NCBI RefSeq assembly: GCF_044704955.1
Contig: NC_092007.1
Coordinates: forward strand, 11,656,001-11,720,000
Source of the DNA: Pristiophorus japonicus
Lineage: Eukaryota
DNA: 64,000 nucleotides
Direction of reading: 5' to 3'
Position numbers and translations under genes: made by a program. Positions 63,326 through 64,000 of the stretch are shown piece by piece (the first letter of the stretch is position 1; every line of letters starts with the position of its first letter). Under the pieces are notes generated by a model. That model was not told the DNA's origin. It worked only from the letters and a program-made list of their open reading frames with translations, and did no database searches.

Positions 63326-64000
63326 AGAAACATAGAAAAATAGAAAATATTTGCAGGAGTAGGCCATTCGGTCCTTCGAGCCTGCATCACCATTCAATAT
63401 GATCATGATGATCATGCACCTTCAATACCCTATTTCTGCTTTCTCTGCATACCCCTTGATCTCTTTATCCATAAGGGTCAAATCTAATTCGCTTTTGAAT
63501 ATATCTCAACTTTCTGTGGTACAAAATTCAACAGGTTCACAATTCTCTGGGTGAAGAAGGCTCTCCTCATCACGGGCCTAAATGGCTTACCCTTATCCTT
63601 AGAATATGACCCCTGGTTCTGGACGTCCACAACATCAGGAACATTCTTCCTGCATCTAACCTGTCTAGTCCCTTCAGAATGTATGTGTTTCTATCAGATC
63701 CCCATTTATTCTCCTAAATTCCAGTAAATATAAGCCTAGTCGATCCAGTCTTTCTTTATAAGTCAATTCTGCCATCCCGGGAATCAGTCTGGTGAACATT
63801 CCATGCACTCCTTCAATAGAAAGAACGTCCTTTCTCAGATTAGGAGACCAAAACTGAATGCAATATTGAAGGTGTGGCCTCACCAATGACCTGCACAACT
63901 GCAATATGACTTCCCTGCTCCTATACTCAAATCCTCTCGCTATGAAGGCCATCATGCCATTTGCCTTCTTCACTGCCTGCTGTACCTACATGCCAACTTT
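63326..64000 (-). mobile_element. CR1 LINE 3' end, continues beyond the window
   Basis: ORF 63674-63973; tagaaacatagaaaaatagaaa tail. Confidence 0.88.

Overview
Eukaryotic, repeat-dense vertebrate DNA, most likely a cartilaginous fish (inferred from Deu-domain tRNA-SINEs, abundant CR1/L2/RTE LINEs, Gypsy elements and a GPR139-like receptor of the shark-expanded type). I see no intact protein-coding gene, rRNA, tRNA gene or CRISPR array. The window is organised around a large inverted segmental duplication (left arm ~8878-24403, right arm ~32779-52686, ~8.4 kb spacer). Each arm carries a CMKLR1/chemoattractant-receptor-like pseudogene, a GPR139-like relic, a GT/G-run satellite, CR1 LINEs and a dead Gypsy element. 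Three kb-scale deletions with short microhomologies trimmed the left arm. A third CMKLR1-like 3' end sits at the window start. The spacer contains a decayed env-like gene with a paramyxovirus-F-like cysteine pattern followed by an LTR. Near 60.6-62.0 kb there is a decayed multi-exon coding relic that I cannot assign to a family. All alignments and translations were done by eye; repeat boundaries are approximate to a few tens of bp unless a junction motif is quoted.
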